In this document: positions 26,456-35,883 of the stretch, in pieces
Numbering within the stretch: the first letter of the stretch is position 1
Layout of the letters: every line of letters begins with the position of its first letter
Source of the DNA: Nitrospinales bacterium
GTDB lineage: Bacteria; Nitrospinota; Nitrospinia; Nitrospinales; VA-1
NCBI GenBank assembly: GCA_965223795.1
Contig: CBDCXL010000001.1
Span: 448,001 to 512,000, forward strand
Reading direction: 5' to 3'
DNA length: 64,000 nt
The notes under the pieces: model-generated
The model's database searches: none
What the model saw: only the letters and a program-made list of their open reading frames with translations
What the model was told of the DNA's origin: nothing
Position numbers and translations under genes: made by a program

Positions 26456-29400
26456 ATGACCCGCTCACTTCTCAACACCACCGCTGTGATGCTTGCAGTC
26501 CTTACCGTTGCCGTTCCCGTTTCGGCACAAACACAGTTCGATCCGCAGGGTTTTTCGATACTGGCCAGGAACAGTGTGTGGTTGAAGAAAGGTTCGGTCA
26601 CGGTCAACGGAAAAGTCGGGGTGAACGAGGCCACGGGCGGGCCGTTCCTGAATTCCTCTTCGGCGCTGGTCGTGGGTAAAAGCGCACAGGTGCTGGGAGC
26701 GGCGGCGCTGCTTGCGGACAGCACCAAGGTGAAGGGCAACGCAGTGGTGGATGGAACTATTTTCTTCAACACGCTCACCAACAACGGAACCCTCAACGGA
26801 GCGCAGAACAGTCCGCTGGCGCTGCCGCTTGTGCCTTCGCTGCCGCCGTTCAACGCGGGAACGCCGGGAACAACGGATATCGTCGTTCAAAAGAACCAGA
26901 CGCGGACGCTGGCTGCGGGTGATTACGGCGGCATCACGGTCAAAAAAGGCGGGACGCTGATTTTCACCGGCGGCCTGTACCAGATCAAGCTCATCGATGC
27001 GCGGGTGAACACGAAGCTCCTGTTTCGGGCGGCCAGCGAAGTGCGCGTGAAAGAATCGGCGCGCACCAAGTCCAATTCTACTGTGGGCGCGGATGCGGGC
27101 GCCAATCTCACGGCTTCGGACATTCTTTTCCATGTGGAAGGTGCGGACACACTTTCTGAACTGCCGGTCGTCAAAATCGGCGTCAACAACAATGTTCTGG
27201 GCCATTTCTACGCGCCGCACGGAACGATCTGGCTGAAGCGGGGCTCCAACGCACGCGGCGCATTCTTCGCCAACAATGTCAAAATGGGCAATTTCACCAA
27301 CATCACGCTGGATGAAGGCCTGCCGCCGGGAACCAACCGGCTTTCCGGCCGGGTGCTGGACGCCAGCGACGCGGCGCTCGGCGCGACCACGCCGGTTGTG
27401 GGCGCGGCGGTTTCCCTGCTGGGCACGGCGTTCACGACGACGACGGACATCAACGGCAACTTCACGCTCTCCGGCATCGACGTGGGAGCGCCGGTGCTGG
27501 ACATCGACGCCTTGAACGCCAGTCCGGCTCCGGACGGTTCGCTGTATGCGAGCTTTCGTGAGGAGATCGTGATCGCAGCGGGGGCAAACGTGGTGGAGCG
27601 GCCTTTTTTTCTTCCCCGGATCGACGCGTCCAGTCTCACGACGATCGACCCGGCGCAGAACACGGTGGTCACCAACAGCAATCTCAACGTGTCTCTCACC
27701 GTTTTGGCCGACTCGGCGAAAAACCAGGACGGCACGGATTTCACGGGGCAGATCTCGATCTCGGAGGTGCCGCGCGGCTTTGCGCCCGCCGAGCTGCCGG
27801 AAGCCATCGACCCGGGACTTCTGATCACCATCCAGCCGGTGGGGCTGAGCTTCGACCCGCCCGCGCAGCTCACGTTTCCCAATTTGGACCAGCTGGAAGC
27901 AAACACGCAGACCCATCTCTGGTCGCTGGACCCGGAAACCGGGCGGTTCGCCGTCGTGGGCATGGGTGAAGTGCGCGCGGACGGAACGGCGATCGACACC
28001 GTCTCCGGCGGCATTCCCGCCTCGGACTGGCACACGGTTCTCGACACCCCGCGCGTGCCGCTTGGCGGCGAGTTCGATCTGAACAACGATTCCAATCAGG
28101 ACAGGGAAATGGAAGAGGAATGCGAAGTGGGTTCGGTGAGTGTCCTCCACAAGGGAAGCCTCAGTGTCGAGCACGCCACCGCAAGCCACCGCTCCTTCGG
28201 CATCTCAAGGAGCCTGCGTTTTGTCTACAACAGCCTCAATGCCGACCCGCAGCCGATCCTCACTTCCGCCACGTCGATTGCCAGCCTGTCCTCGCTGCCG
28301 GTCACGTTTTCGGCGAGCCTGCGGGTGGACGGCGCCCCGCAGGGGAACGAGGTGTTCATGTCGTCCGCGGGCATGGACCCGGACGCCGATGAAACGCTGC
28401 GCCAGGCGCTGCAGTTCGACGCCAGCGGGTTCGCAACCGGACGCTACCCCTACCGGATTTCACTTGCGGACAATTATCTGTTCTCGCGTGTGCTGAATTT
28501 TCAGTTCGGCAACGTGCTGGTGAACAACCAGATCGACAGTCCCTTCGGCGCGGGCTGGGGCCTGGACGGGCTGCAAAGGGTGCATGAGCAAGAAGACAAC
28601 AGCATCGTGCTGACTCAGGGCGACGGCTCGATCAAAGTGTTTCAGACGGAACGCACGGGCACCGGGACCTTCGTCAACCCGGTTCTGGCCGGGGGCGACG
28701 GCGCCACGGGCGTGATCCAAAAGCCCGCGGACTTCAACAACGACGGGGTTCAGGATCTTGCGGTGGGCGGCATCACCACCGGAGACATCGCCATTTTGCT
28801 CAACGACGGACAGGGAAACTTCACGCTGACCAGCACCACGCCGGCGGGGCCGCAGGGGTTTCGCTTCATCTCCGGCGATTTCAACAACGACGACAACATC
28901 GATCTGATCGCCGCCAATGAATCGGTGGACACGATCACGCTGCTGCTCGGCGACGGCACCGGCGGGATCTTGAGCACGTCCGCCTTTCCGTCCGGAAACG
29001 GAGCACGAGCGTTAGCGGCAGGGGATTTCAACGGCGACAACAACCTGGACGTGGCGGTCTCCAACAGCGCGGCCGGCAGCGTGGGCATTCACCTGGGCGA
29101 CGGCGCGGGCGGGTTTTCCGCCCTGCAGTCGGAAACCGCGACGGGGGATTTTCCGTCCAGCATCTTCGCGGTCGATGTCAACAACGACGACAACCTGGAC
29201 ATCCTGGTGCTGAACATCACCGGAAAATCCACCTCCACCCTGTTCGGTGACGGCAACGGCGGTTTCAGCTCCCCGGCGACGTTTCCGGTCGGCGGCGTCA
29301 GCATCTCGCAGATCAATGTCGGCGATTTCAACGCGGACGGTTTCCCGGACCTCGCTCTGGGCGACACGTCTTCGACGCAGAACCGCTTCATCGTGAGGCG

Positions 29401-32400
29401 CGGAGACGGCACCGGCTTATTCCAAACCAATATCAGCCTCACCCAGGCGGGCAAGCCCGGCAGCATCGCCATCGACGACATCAACGGCGACGATCACCTG
29501 GATGTCCTGCTGTTCCTATCGGACAACGGCAGCGTCGCGGTGTTCATCGGCGATGGGACGGGATTTTTCCCGCTGCCGGCGGTGATCGCCGTCAACGAAT
29601 TCAGCACGACGGGGCTGCCCCTGCAGATCGGCGACTTCAACGGCGACACGGTGACGGACATCATCGGCAAGGACGCGCTCGACGAAACGAAGATCAAGAT
29701 CCTGTTCGGCGAATCCACAGGCGAAAGCCCGCTCGGGGATTTTTCCACGCTGCAGAAGAATCCGGACGGCAGCTTCGTCCGCAACCTGAAAGACGGTACG
29801 GAAATCCACTTCGATGCCAGCGGCCTGCACACCTCCACGGTGGACCGGAACGGCAACGCCACCACGTTCGGATACGACGTGAGCGGTCTGCTCACCAGCA
29901 TCACCGATCCGGCGGGCCTCATCACTACGCTGACCTACAGCAATGGGAAGCTCAGCAGCGTCACCGATCCGGCGAGTCGCGTCACACAGTTCACGCACGA
30001 TGCCAACGGCAACCTCACCAGGATCACCGATCCGGACAACACGGTGCGCCGGTTCGATTACGACGCGCGCCATCGCATGACCTCGCAGACCGGCAAGCGC
30101 AACGTCGTCACCACCTACGAGTACAATTTTGCCGGGCGGCTGGTGCAATCCAGCCTGCCGGACGGAACCACGCGCGAAGCAACGCCCAGCCAGGTCGTGG
30201 GCCTCGTCGATCCCGCAAGCGGTCTGGGCACGCAGGGCAACCCCGCGCCCTTTGTGCGGCCGGATGAGGTGTTCGCCACCTTCACCGACGGCAACGGCGA
30301 GGTGGCGCAATTCATCCTCGACAAGTTCGGCTCGGCCACGGTCGCCGTCGATCCGCTCGGCAGGCAGACCGACACGGTGCGCGACGAAAACGGCAATCCG
30401 TTGACCGTGATGCAGCCTAACGGTGCGCTGCGGACATCCCTATTCGACGCAATGGGCAATCTTATCTCGTCGACCGACAGCAGCAACGGAGCGGTTTCTC
30501 AATTCACGCACGATCCGGTTTTCAACCGCCTGACGTCTTTCACCGACGCGGAAGACAACGCCTACCTGTTCAATCTCGATGCTGCGGGAAACCTGATCGA
30601 GGTGATCGACCCCGAAAATACGAAAACCACGCTGACCTACGGGGAACCCGCCTGTCCGGGCATGTCCACGCAGCTGACTCTCGGCGCGGGCCTGCCGGAG
30701 GCAAACACGTTCACCCGCACTCTGGATGCCGCGACCTGCAACGTCGCCTCACGGCTCAATCCGCTGGGGGACGGTAAAGTTTTCGAATTCGATGCCGCTG
30801 GGAATATAACAAAATCGGTGGACGCGTTGATGCGGGAAAGCCGCTTCACCTACGACGCCATGAACCGGCTGGTCAAATCCATCGATCCTTCCAACGCACT
30901 TCCCGATCCGGCCTGCGGCACCGCGGGCGTCACCTGTTTCGACTACGACGCGGCGGGCAACACCGCGCAGGTGACCGACGCGAAGGGACAGACCTTTTCC
31001 TTTGAATACGACGCCGTCGGCCGCCTTGCCAAAGAGATCGATCCCTTAATGCGGGAGACCCTGTTCGTGTACGACGGCAACGGCAACCTGCGTTTCATCA
31101 CCGACCGCAAAGGGCAGGTCAGGGAATTCGTGTACGACGCGGCGGGGCAGCTGGTGCAGAAGATCCTGCAACCGGGAACACCGGATGCGGCAATCACGGC
31201 TTATCAGTACGACCTGTTCGGCCGGGTGATCTCGGCGGCCGATCCCGACAGCGCCGTCACCTCCACGTTCGATCCTCTGGGACGCATGCTCACGACGTCC
31301 ACCCTCGGTTCCGCGAGCCAGCCCAGCGTCACGCTGGCGTTCACGCACGATCTCAACGGCAACCGGCTGACGCTGAACGACGGTCTCACCGGAACCACGC
31401 AATACATCTACAACTCGCTGAACCAGCCCGAATCGGTGACGCACGCATCCGGAAGCGGCGCGGCGTTCGCCTACGACGCCGTGCACCGCCGGACGCAGAC
31501 CGCCTACAGCAACGGCACCACGGCGGTGCGGCAGTTCAACGCAGCCAGCCAGGTGACGGCGATCGACCATCAACTGGGGGCATCGGTGTTCTCCAGCTTC
31601 GGCTACAGCTACGATGCGTTCGAAAATCTCGACGGCGCGACGCTCGACCGGACGGCGGCGGGCATCTCCAAAACGCTGAGCTATGGCTACGACGCACTCA
31701 ACCGGCTCAACCAGGCGACGCGGCCCGAAACCGGACTGCCGGATGAAACCTTCGGCTACGACGCGGTGGGGAACCGGCTCACGCGTGACGGGCAGATGGG
31801 CAATTCCATCTTCGACGGCGCCAACCGCCTGCTGGAAGACGGCCTGTTCACCTACAGCTACGACAACAACGGCAACCGAACTTCGCGCACGGACAAAGGC
31901 TCCGGAGCGGTGACCGAATACGCCTACGACGCCGACGACCGCTTGATCCGGATCGAGGAAAAACCGGACGCCGTGAGCCCGCCGACGCAGACCACCACAT
32001 ACCGTTACGACGGGTTCGGCAGGCGCATCCAGAAAGATGTGGACGGCGTGGTCACGTCCTATATCTATGACGGCAAGAACATCGTGCTGGAATTCGACGG
32101 CGGCGGCTCACTGCTCGCCCGCTACAGCCACGGACTCGATGTGGACGAACCGCTGGTGATGGAACGCGGCGGCATGGCGTACTTCTATCACCGCGACGCG
32201 CTGGGCAGCGTGACGGAACTGACAGACTCCACCGGCACGGTGGCGCAGGCCTACGTCTACGACGCCTACGGCGGCATCCAGGCGACGAGCCTGCTGGAAA
32301 ATCCGTTCACCTTCACCGGCAGGGAATTCGACACGGAAAGCGGGCTCTACTATTACCGCGCCCGCTATTACGACCCGGCAGCCGGGCGATTTGTCAACGA

Positions 32401-32854
32401 AGATCCCATCGGCCTGGAAGGCGGCATCAACGTGTACGCCTATGTGGGCAACAACCCGGTCAACTTCACGGACCCGGATGGTTTGTTGGATGTCTCCAAC
32501 CTCAGACCTGAATTGAGCGATATCGTGAACACATTGGGAATCGGAACGTTGCTTTTCGCCTGCAAACAATGCGTGGACCCGCTGGCTGAGCAAGTGGATG
32601 CACTGGGAGAACGGGATACTTTGGAGCATTGCTTTGTGGGGGCGATGGCCAGGCAGAAATGCGGTTTGCACTGCGCGGAAGCGGCGGCTTTCGGAAAAGA
32701 AGTCCTGGATTATTTCGGTGAAGGAACTTCGGAATTCAGGGATATTCAAAACACGTTCGAAGGATTCAAATGCTCTGAAGTGTCTTCCTGCATTCCGGAC
32801 CTTGAAGAATGCTGTGAGAATCAAAATCTAACGGAAGGCCCAGGCAACAACTGA
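26456..32854 (+). CDS. Sec-exported teneurin-like RHS/YD-repeat protein with FG-GAP propeller and variable C-terminal domain
   Basis: Signal peptide; beta-rich N-domain; carboxypeptidase-regulatory-like domain; 7 FG-GAP repeats (GDFN.D...D); many YD repeats; RHS core 'FTGREFD.ESGLYYYRARYYDP..GRF..EDPIG...YVGNNPVNFTDPDG'. Confidence 0.92.
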   Translation: MTRSLLNTTAVMLAVLTVAVPVSAQTQFDPQGFSILARNSVWLKKGSVTVNGKVGVNEATGGPFLNSSSALVVGKSAQVLGAAALLADSTKVKGNAVVDGTIFFNTLTNNGTLNGAQNSPLALPLVPSLPPFNAGTPGTTDIVVQKNQTRTLAAGDYGGITVKKGGTLIFTGGLYQIKLIDARVNTKLLFRAASEVRVKESARTKSNSTVGADAGANLTASDILFHVEGADTLSELPVVKIGVNNNVLGHFYAPHGTIWLKRGSNARGAFFANNVKMGNFTNITLDEGLPPGTNRLSGRVLDASDAALGATTPVVGAAVSLLGTAFTTTTDINGNFTLSGIDVGAPVLDIDALNASPAPDGSLYASFREEIVIAAGANVVERPFFLPRIDASSLTTIDPAQNTVVTNSNLNVSLTVLADSAKNQDGTDFTGQISISEVPRGFAPAELPEAIDPGLLITIQPVGLSFDPPAQLTFPNLDQLEANTQTHLWSLDPETGRFAVVGMGEVRADGTAIDTVSGGIPASDWHTVLDTPRVPLGGEFDLNNDSNQDREMEEECEVGSVSVLHKGSLSVEHATASHRSFGISRSLRFVYNSLNADPQPILTSATSIASLSSLPVTFSASLRVDGAPQGNEVFMSSAGMDPDADETLRQALQFDASGFATGRYPYRISLADNYLFSRVLNFQFGNVLVNNQIDSPFGAGWGLDGLQRVHEQEDNSIVLTQGDGSIKVFQTERTGTGTFVNPVLAGGDGATGVIQKPADFNNDGVQDLAVGGITTGDIAILLNDGQGNFTLTSTTPAGPQGFRFISGDFNNDDNIDLIAANESVDTITLLLGDGTGGILSTSAFPSGNGARALAAGDFNGDNNLDVAVSNSAAGSVGIHLGDGAGGFSALQSETATGDFPSSIFAVDVNNDDNLDILVLNITGKSTSTLFGDGNGGFSSPATFPVGGVSISQINVGDFNADGFPDLALGDTSSTQNRFIVRRGDGTGLFQTNISLTQAGKPGSIAIDDINGDDHLDVLLFLSDNGSVAVFIGDGTGFFPLPAVIAVNEFSTTGLPLQIGDFNGDTVTDIIGKDALDETKIKILFGESTGESPLGDFSTLQKNPDGSFVRNLKDGTEIHFDASGLHTSTVDRNGNATTFGYDVSGLLTSITDPAGLITTLTYSNGKLSSVTDPASRVTQFTHDANGNLTRITDPDNTVRRFDYDARHRMTSQTGKRNVVTTYEYNFAGRLVQSSLPDGTTREATPSQVVGLVDPASGLGTQGNPAPFVRPDEVFATFTDGNGEVAQFILDKFGSATVAVDPLGRQTDTVRDENGNPLTVMQPNGALRTSLFDAMGNLISSTDSSNGAVSQFTHDPVFNRLTSFTDAEDNAYLFNLDAAGNLIEVIDPENTKTTLTYGEPACPGMSTQLTLGAGLPEANTFTRTLDAATCNVASRLNPLGDGKVFEFDAAGNITKSVDALMRESRFTYDAMNRLVKSIDPSNALPDPACGTAGVTCFDYDAAGNTAQVTDAKGQTFSFEYDAVGRLAKEIDPLMRETLFVYDGNGNLRFITDRKGQVREFVYDAAGQLVQKILQPGTPDAAITAYQYDLFGRVISAADPDSAVTSTFDPLGRMLTTSTLGSASQPSVTLAFTHDLNGNRLTLNDGLTGTTQYIYNSLNQPESVTHASGSGAAFAYDAVHRRTQTAYSNGTTAVRQFNAASQVTAIDHQLGASVFSSFGYSYDAFENLDGATLDRTAAGISKTLSYGYDALNRLNQATRPETGLPDETFGYDAVGNRLTRDGQMGNSIFDGANRLLEDGLFTYSYDNNGNRTSRTDKGSGAVTEYAYDADDRLIRIEEKPDAVSPPTQTTTYRYDGFGRRIQKDVDGVVTSYIYDGKNIVLEFDGGGSLLARYSHGLDVDEPLVMERGGMAYFYHRDALGSVTELTDSTGTVAQAYVYDAYGGIQATSLLENPFTFTGREFDTESGLYYYRARYYDPAAGRFVNEDPIGLEGGINVYAYVGNNPVNFTDPDGLLDVSNLRPELSDIVNTLGIGTLLFACKQCVDPLAEQVDALGERDTLEHCFVGAMARQKCGLHCAEAAAFGKEVLDYFGEGTSEFRDIQNTFEGFKCSEVSSCIPDLEECCENQNLTEGPGNN

Positions 32855-32895
32855 CAACCCTGTCATTATCCATATCATCCCAATTTTAAAATTTT

Positions 32896-33393
32896 ATGAA
32901 AACCATATTTAAATCGACTCTATTGATACTCATGCTGACTTCCTGCGACCCGCATGTGACCGACCATTTGCCGACTTCCAGTGAATTGGAGAAGCACTAC
33001 CCTCATTTTATTTCAAAACCAGTTCACCTGGAGAGTGTCTATCGGAATTCAGACACCAATGCTTTTTTGTTTCTCTATACAACTGCGGACAGCCATGTTC
33101 TGGACACCATCGCAGAGCACGCTCAGAAAAACCAATGGGAGATCATCCGCAAGACCAATACAGAGGTCGATTTTTTCAGATCTGTTCCCCCTCCGTCTGA
33201 CAAAACCGGGCTTTTTGGCGACCGGGGCCTCATTCGTATTGGTGTGCAACCGGAAAGTCAAAGAGTCTGTGTCGCCTGGTTCAGCCACAGCAACAAGGAA
33301 TTCGCCGAAAAGCATTTGTGGCCCAAGTACAAGGCCTGCATGCAGGGAGCCGGAGTCGTGGACACGCTGCTGACGAAAGCGGAAAAAACGTGA
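32896..33393 (+). CDS. Lipoprotein, candidate immunity protein for the RHS C-terminal domain
   Basis: Lipobox LTSC (Cys17); 41 nt after the RHS stop; lower GC shared with the RHS tip. Confidence 0.6.
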   Translation: MKTIFKSTLLILMLTSCDPHVTDHLPTSSELEKHYPHFISKPVHLESVYRNSDTNAFLFLYTTADSHVLDTIAEHAQKNQWEIIRKTNTEVDFFRSVPPPSDKTGLFGDRGLIRIGVQPESQRVCVAWFSHSNKEFAEKHLWPKYKACMQGAGVVDTLLTKAEKT

Positions 33394-33783
33394 CGCTTTT
33401 TTTTAGAGAATTCTAAAATCGAACTCTAAAAATTCCTCAAATACGAATCCTGCAAACAAGGAAAGAACATCGATCTCATACGGCCGGACAGGAATAACGC
33501 TCGCAGTCTTTGATATCCGAATATCTTGACGAATACCTTCCTCATTTTTTATAACATTTCCATCATCTGATATCCGCGCCTCGCCACACTCCGCCTCTCC
33601 GAATTCTCTTTTTCCGCCCGGTTTGCGACGGCTCCCGTCCGTGCTTGATTCTGGTGAAATTTGTTTTTTCCCGCCCAAGGATTTGATATCATTATTGCAA
33701 GCGCTGGGGCCCCGCCCAAAGCGCGGGCACTTGGGGCCGCAATCGGTCTGGATACAGCAACACTCTGTTTTTCAATAAGTTTC

Positions 33784-34266
33784 ATGGCAGAAAAGGAACG
33801 ATTCATCGACAACGGCGACGGCACTCTGACCGATACGAAATACAATCGTATGTGGATGAAAGAGGACAGCTGGCTGATGCGCAAGAAGTGGATCACCTGG
33901 GGCGCCGCCAACAAATTCGTCGCCTGGCTGAACGAACAGAACTACGCCGGCTACAGCGACTGGCGGATTCCGAAAAACCAGGAGTGCCGCAATCTCTACG
34001 ACCACGACAGCAAGAACACGGACTTTGACGGAGACATCGTCCACATCGACCTCAAGTTTCCCGAAGGCTGCGGCTCGACCTACTGGTGCGCCGAAGAAAA
34101 CGGCATCAACGCCATGGCCTACAACTTTTACAGCGACCGGGCGTACCTGATCCGGAAGAAATCCTCCGACGATGCCAACATGGCCTGCCGGCCGGTGCGT
34201 TCTTCCGGTCCGGAAGTGAAAAAAGCCGGCCGCGTGTCCAACACGGGACGCACCCGGCGCGAATAA
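33784..34266 (+). CDS. DUF1566 (Lcl C-terminal) domain protein
   Basis: RFIDNGDGTLTD....MW, W..A, AGYSDWRIP...E. Confidence 0.8.
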   Translation: MAEKERFIDNGDGTLTDTKYNRMWMKEDSWLMRKKWITWGAANKFVAWLNEQNYAGYSDWRIPKNQECRNLYDHDSKNTDFDGDIVHIDLKFPEGCGSTYWCAEENGINAMAYNFYSDRAYLIRKKSSDDANMACRPVRSSGPEVKKAGRVSNTGRTRRE

Positions 34267-34334
34267 AGAGACGCCGGCCCGCGTCGCCCAAACCCGCCAC
34301 ACCACGCACGTCGCTCACCCACGGAGGCCCGAGC

Positions 34335-35489
34335 ATGGCCCGTCACCGCGGCACCGTCGCCGAAATCGATCTCGCATCCTTCCGCCACAATGTCAACGTG
34401 GTGCGCTCGCTGGTTGAACCCGGCGTCAAGATCATGGCCGTGGTCAAAGCGGACGCCTACGGCCACGGCGCGGTCCCCTGCGCGCAGGCGGCGCTGGAAG
34501 CGGGCGCGGAATGTCTGGGCGTGGCGGTGCTGGAAGAAGGGATCGAGCTGCGCGAGGCGGACATCGGCGCGCCCATCCTGGTGCTCGGCAGCATCTTCCC
34601 GAACGAGATTCAGGATCTTTTGCACTACCACCTCAGCCCGGCGCTGTTCCACTATCCGCTGGCGCACCTTCTGGCCCGGCAGGCGGAGAAGCGCGGCAAG
34701 ACCGTCGGCGTGCACGTCAAGATCGACACGGGCATGGGCCGCCTCGGCATCCCGCCGGAAGAATTCGTCTGCCTCATGCAGCAGCTCTCGGCGCTGAAAA
34801 ACCTGCGCGTCGAAGGCGTGTTCACGCATCTGTCCTCGGCGGACGAGCCCGACCCGGACTACACGCTGACCCAGCTCACGCGGTTCAGCGAAGCGCTGAA
34901 GCTATGGACGGACCAGGGCGAGCCCCTGCCGCCCACGCACTGCGCCAATACGGCGGGCATCCTCAAGTTTCCGCAGAGCCACCGGGAGATCGTGCGGCCG
35001 GGGATCATCCTGTACGGCGCCCTGCCCTCGCCCGACCTGGCTCCGATCCTGGCGGCCTCGGAAAAAACCAGCGGCGCCAACCGGTTCCGCCCGGTGATGC
35101 AGTGGAAAACCCGCATCCTCAGCGTGCAGCGGGTCCCCAAAGGCCGGGCGCTGAGCTACGGCCGCACGTTCGTGACGGAGCGCGACAGCCTCATCGCCAC
35201 GCTGCCGGTGGGCTACGCGGACGGGCTGAGCCGCAGCCTGTCCGGCAAGATGGAGGTGCTGGTGCACGGGCAGCGCGCGCCGCAGGTGGGGACGATCTGC
35301 ATGGACCTGACGCTGATCGACGTGACGGACGTGCGGGGCGATGTGCGCGCCGAGGACGAGGTGGTGCTGTTCGGCACGCAGGGGGAAGACACGATCACCG
35401 CCGATGAAATGGCGGAATGGGAAGGGACGATTTCCTACGAAGTGCTGTGCAACGTCGGCAAGCGCGTGCCGCGGGTGTATAAGAAGTGA
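34335..35489 (+). CDS. alr: Alanine racemase
   Basis: AVVKADAYGHG (PLP Lys), HVKIDTGMGRLG, VRPGIILYG, PVGYADG, GTICMD, TISYEVLC. Confidence 0.97.
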   Translation: MARHRGTVAEIDLASFRHNVNVVRSLVEPGVKIMAVVKADAYGHGAVPCAQAALEAGAECLGVAVLEEGIELREADIGAPILVLGSIFPNEIQDLLHYHLSPALFHYPLAHLLARQAEKRGKTVGVHVKIDTGMGRLGIPPEEFVCLMQQLSALKNLRVEGVFTHLSSADEPDPDYTLTQLTRFSEALKLWTDQGEPLPPTHCANTAGILKFPQSHREIVRPGIILYGALPSPDLAPILAASEKTSGANRFRPVMQWKTRILSVQRVPKGRALSYGRTFVTERDSLIATLPVGYADGLSRSLSGKMEVLVHGQRAPQVGTICMDLTLIDVTDVRGDVRAEDEVVLFGTQGEDTITADEMAEWEGTISYEVLCNVGKRVPRVYKK

Positions 35490-35510
35490 AGATAGTTTTT
35501 TAAGTAAGGC

Positions 35511-35739
35511 GAGATGAGTGCCTGGGCAAACCTTATGAAGGGGAATCCTCTCCCCTTTTATTCTGGTGGGGAATCCCACCAGCAAGGAGTGTTGCTGGTA
35601 CCGAAACGACTCTTCGCCCTGTAAAGGGCGAGGCCCATATCTGGGTCACATACGGTCTCCTTCCAACTGTTTAAAAGTCAAAAGTAAACCGATTTAACAA
35701 ACCTCAAAAAATTTTAACTGCTACCCAGGCACTCATCTC
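35511..35739. other. 229-bp structured non-coding element (candidate ncRNA or non-autonomous mobile element)
   Basis: Perfect 16-bp terminal IR GAGATGAGTGCCTGGG / CCCAGGCACTCATCTC; internal hairpins CTGGTGGG-GAAT-CCCACCAG, TCGCCCT-GTAA-AGGGCGA, AAGGGGA..TCCCCTT. Confidence 0.55.
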
Positions 35740-35883
35740 TGAAGGGATCGAATAACTTTAATATGGTCCTCAAAATAATACTGTCAACGTTTTATTCGAC
35801 ATGGCGATAATTGACCGCCAGTCGAGAAATCCTGTAAACACAAATGCTTAACGCCTTCACCCAGAAAAATATTCAGGCTGATT

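Noticed and set aside
33403..33678. 91-aa minus-strand ORF / orphan toxin remnant after the RHS locus
   Set aside because: No recognisable motif, RBS or RHS core remnant. It may be a decayed fragment but cannot be supported.
35524..35560. c-di-GMP-I riboswitch (GGGCAAACC)
   Set aside because: Lacks the GNRA-capped P2 followed by GACGCAAAG, and it is not upstream of a co-oriented gene.
35511..35739. 6S RNA, RNase P RNA, tmRNA or SRP RNA
   Set aside because: No diagnostic sequence found (GAGGAAAGTCC, tRNA-like ends, CAGG..GGAA..AGCAG), and several local hairpins do not fit a 6S rod.
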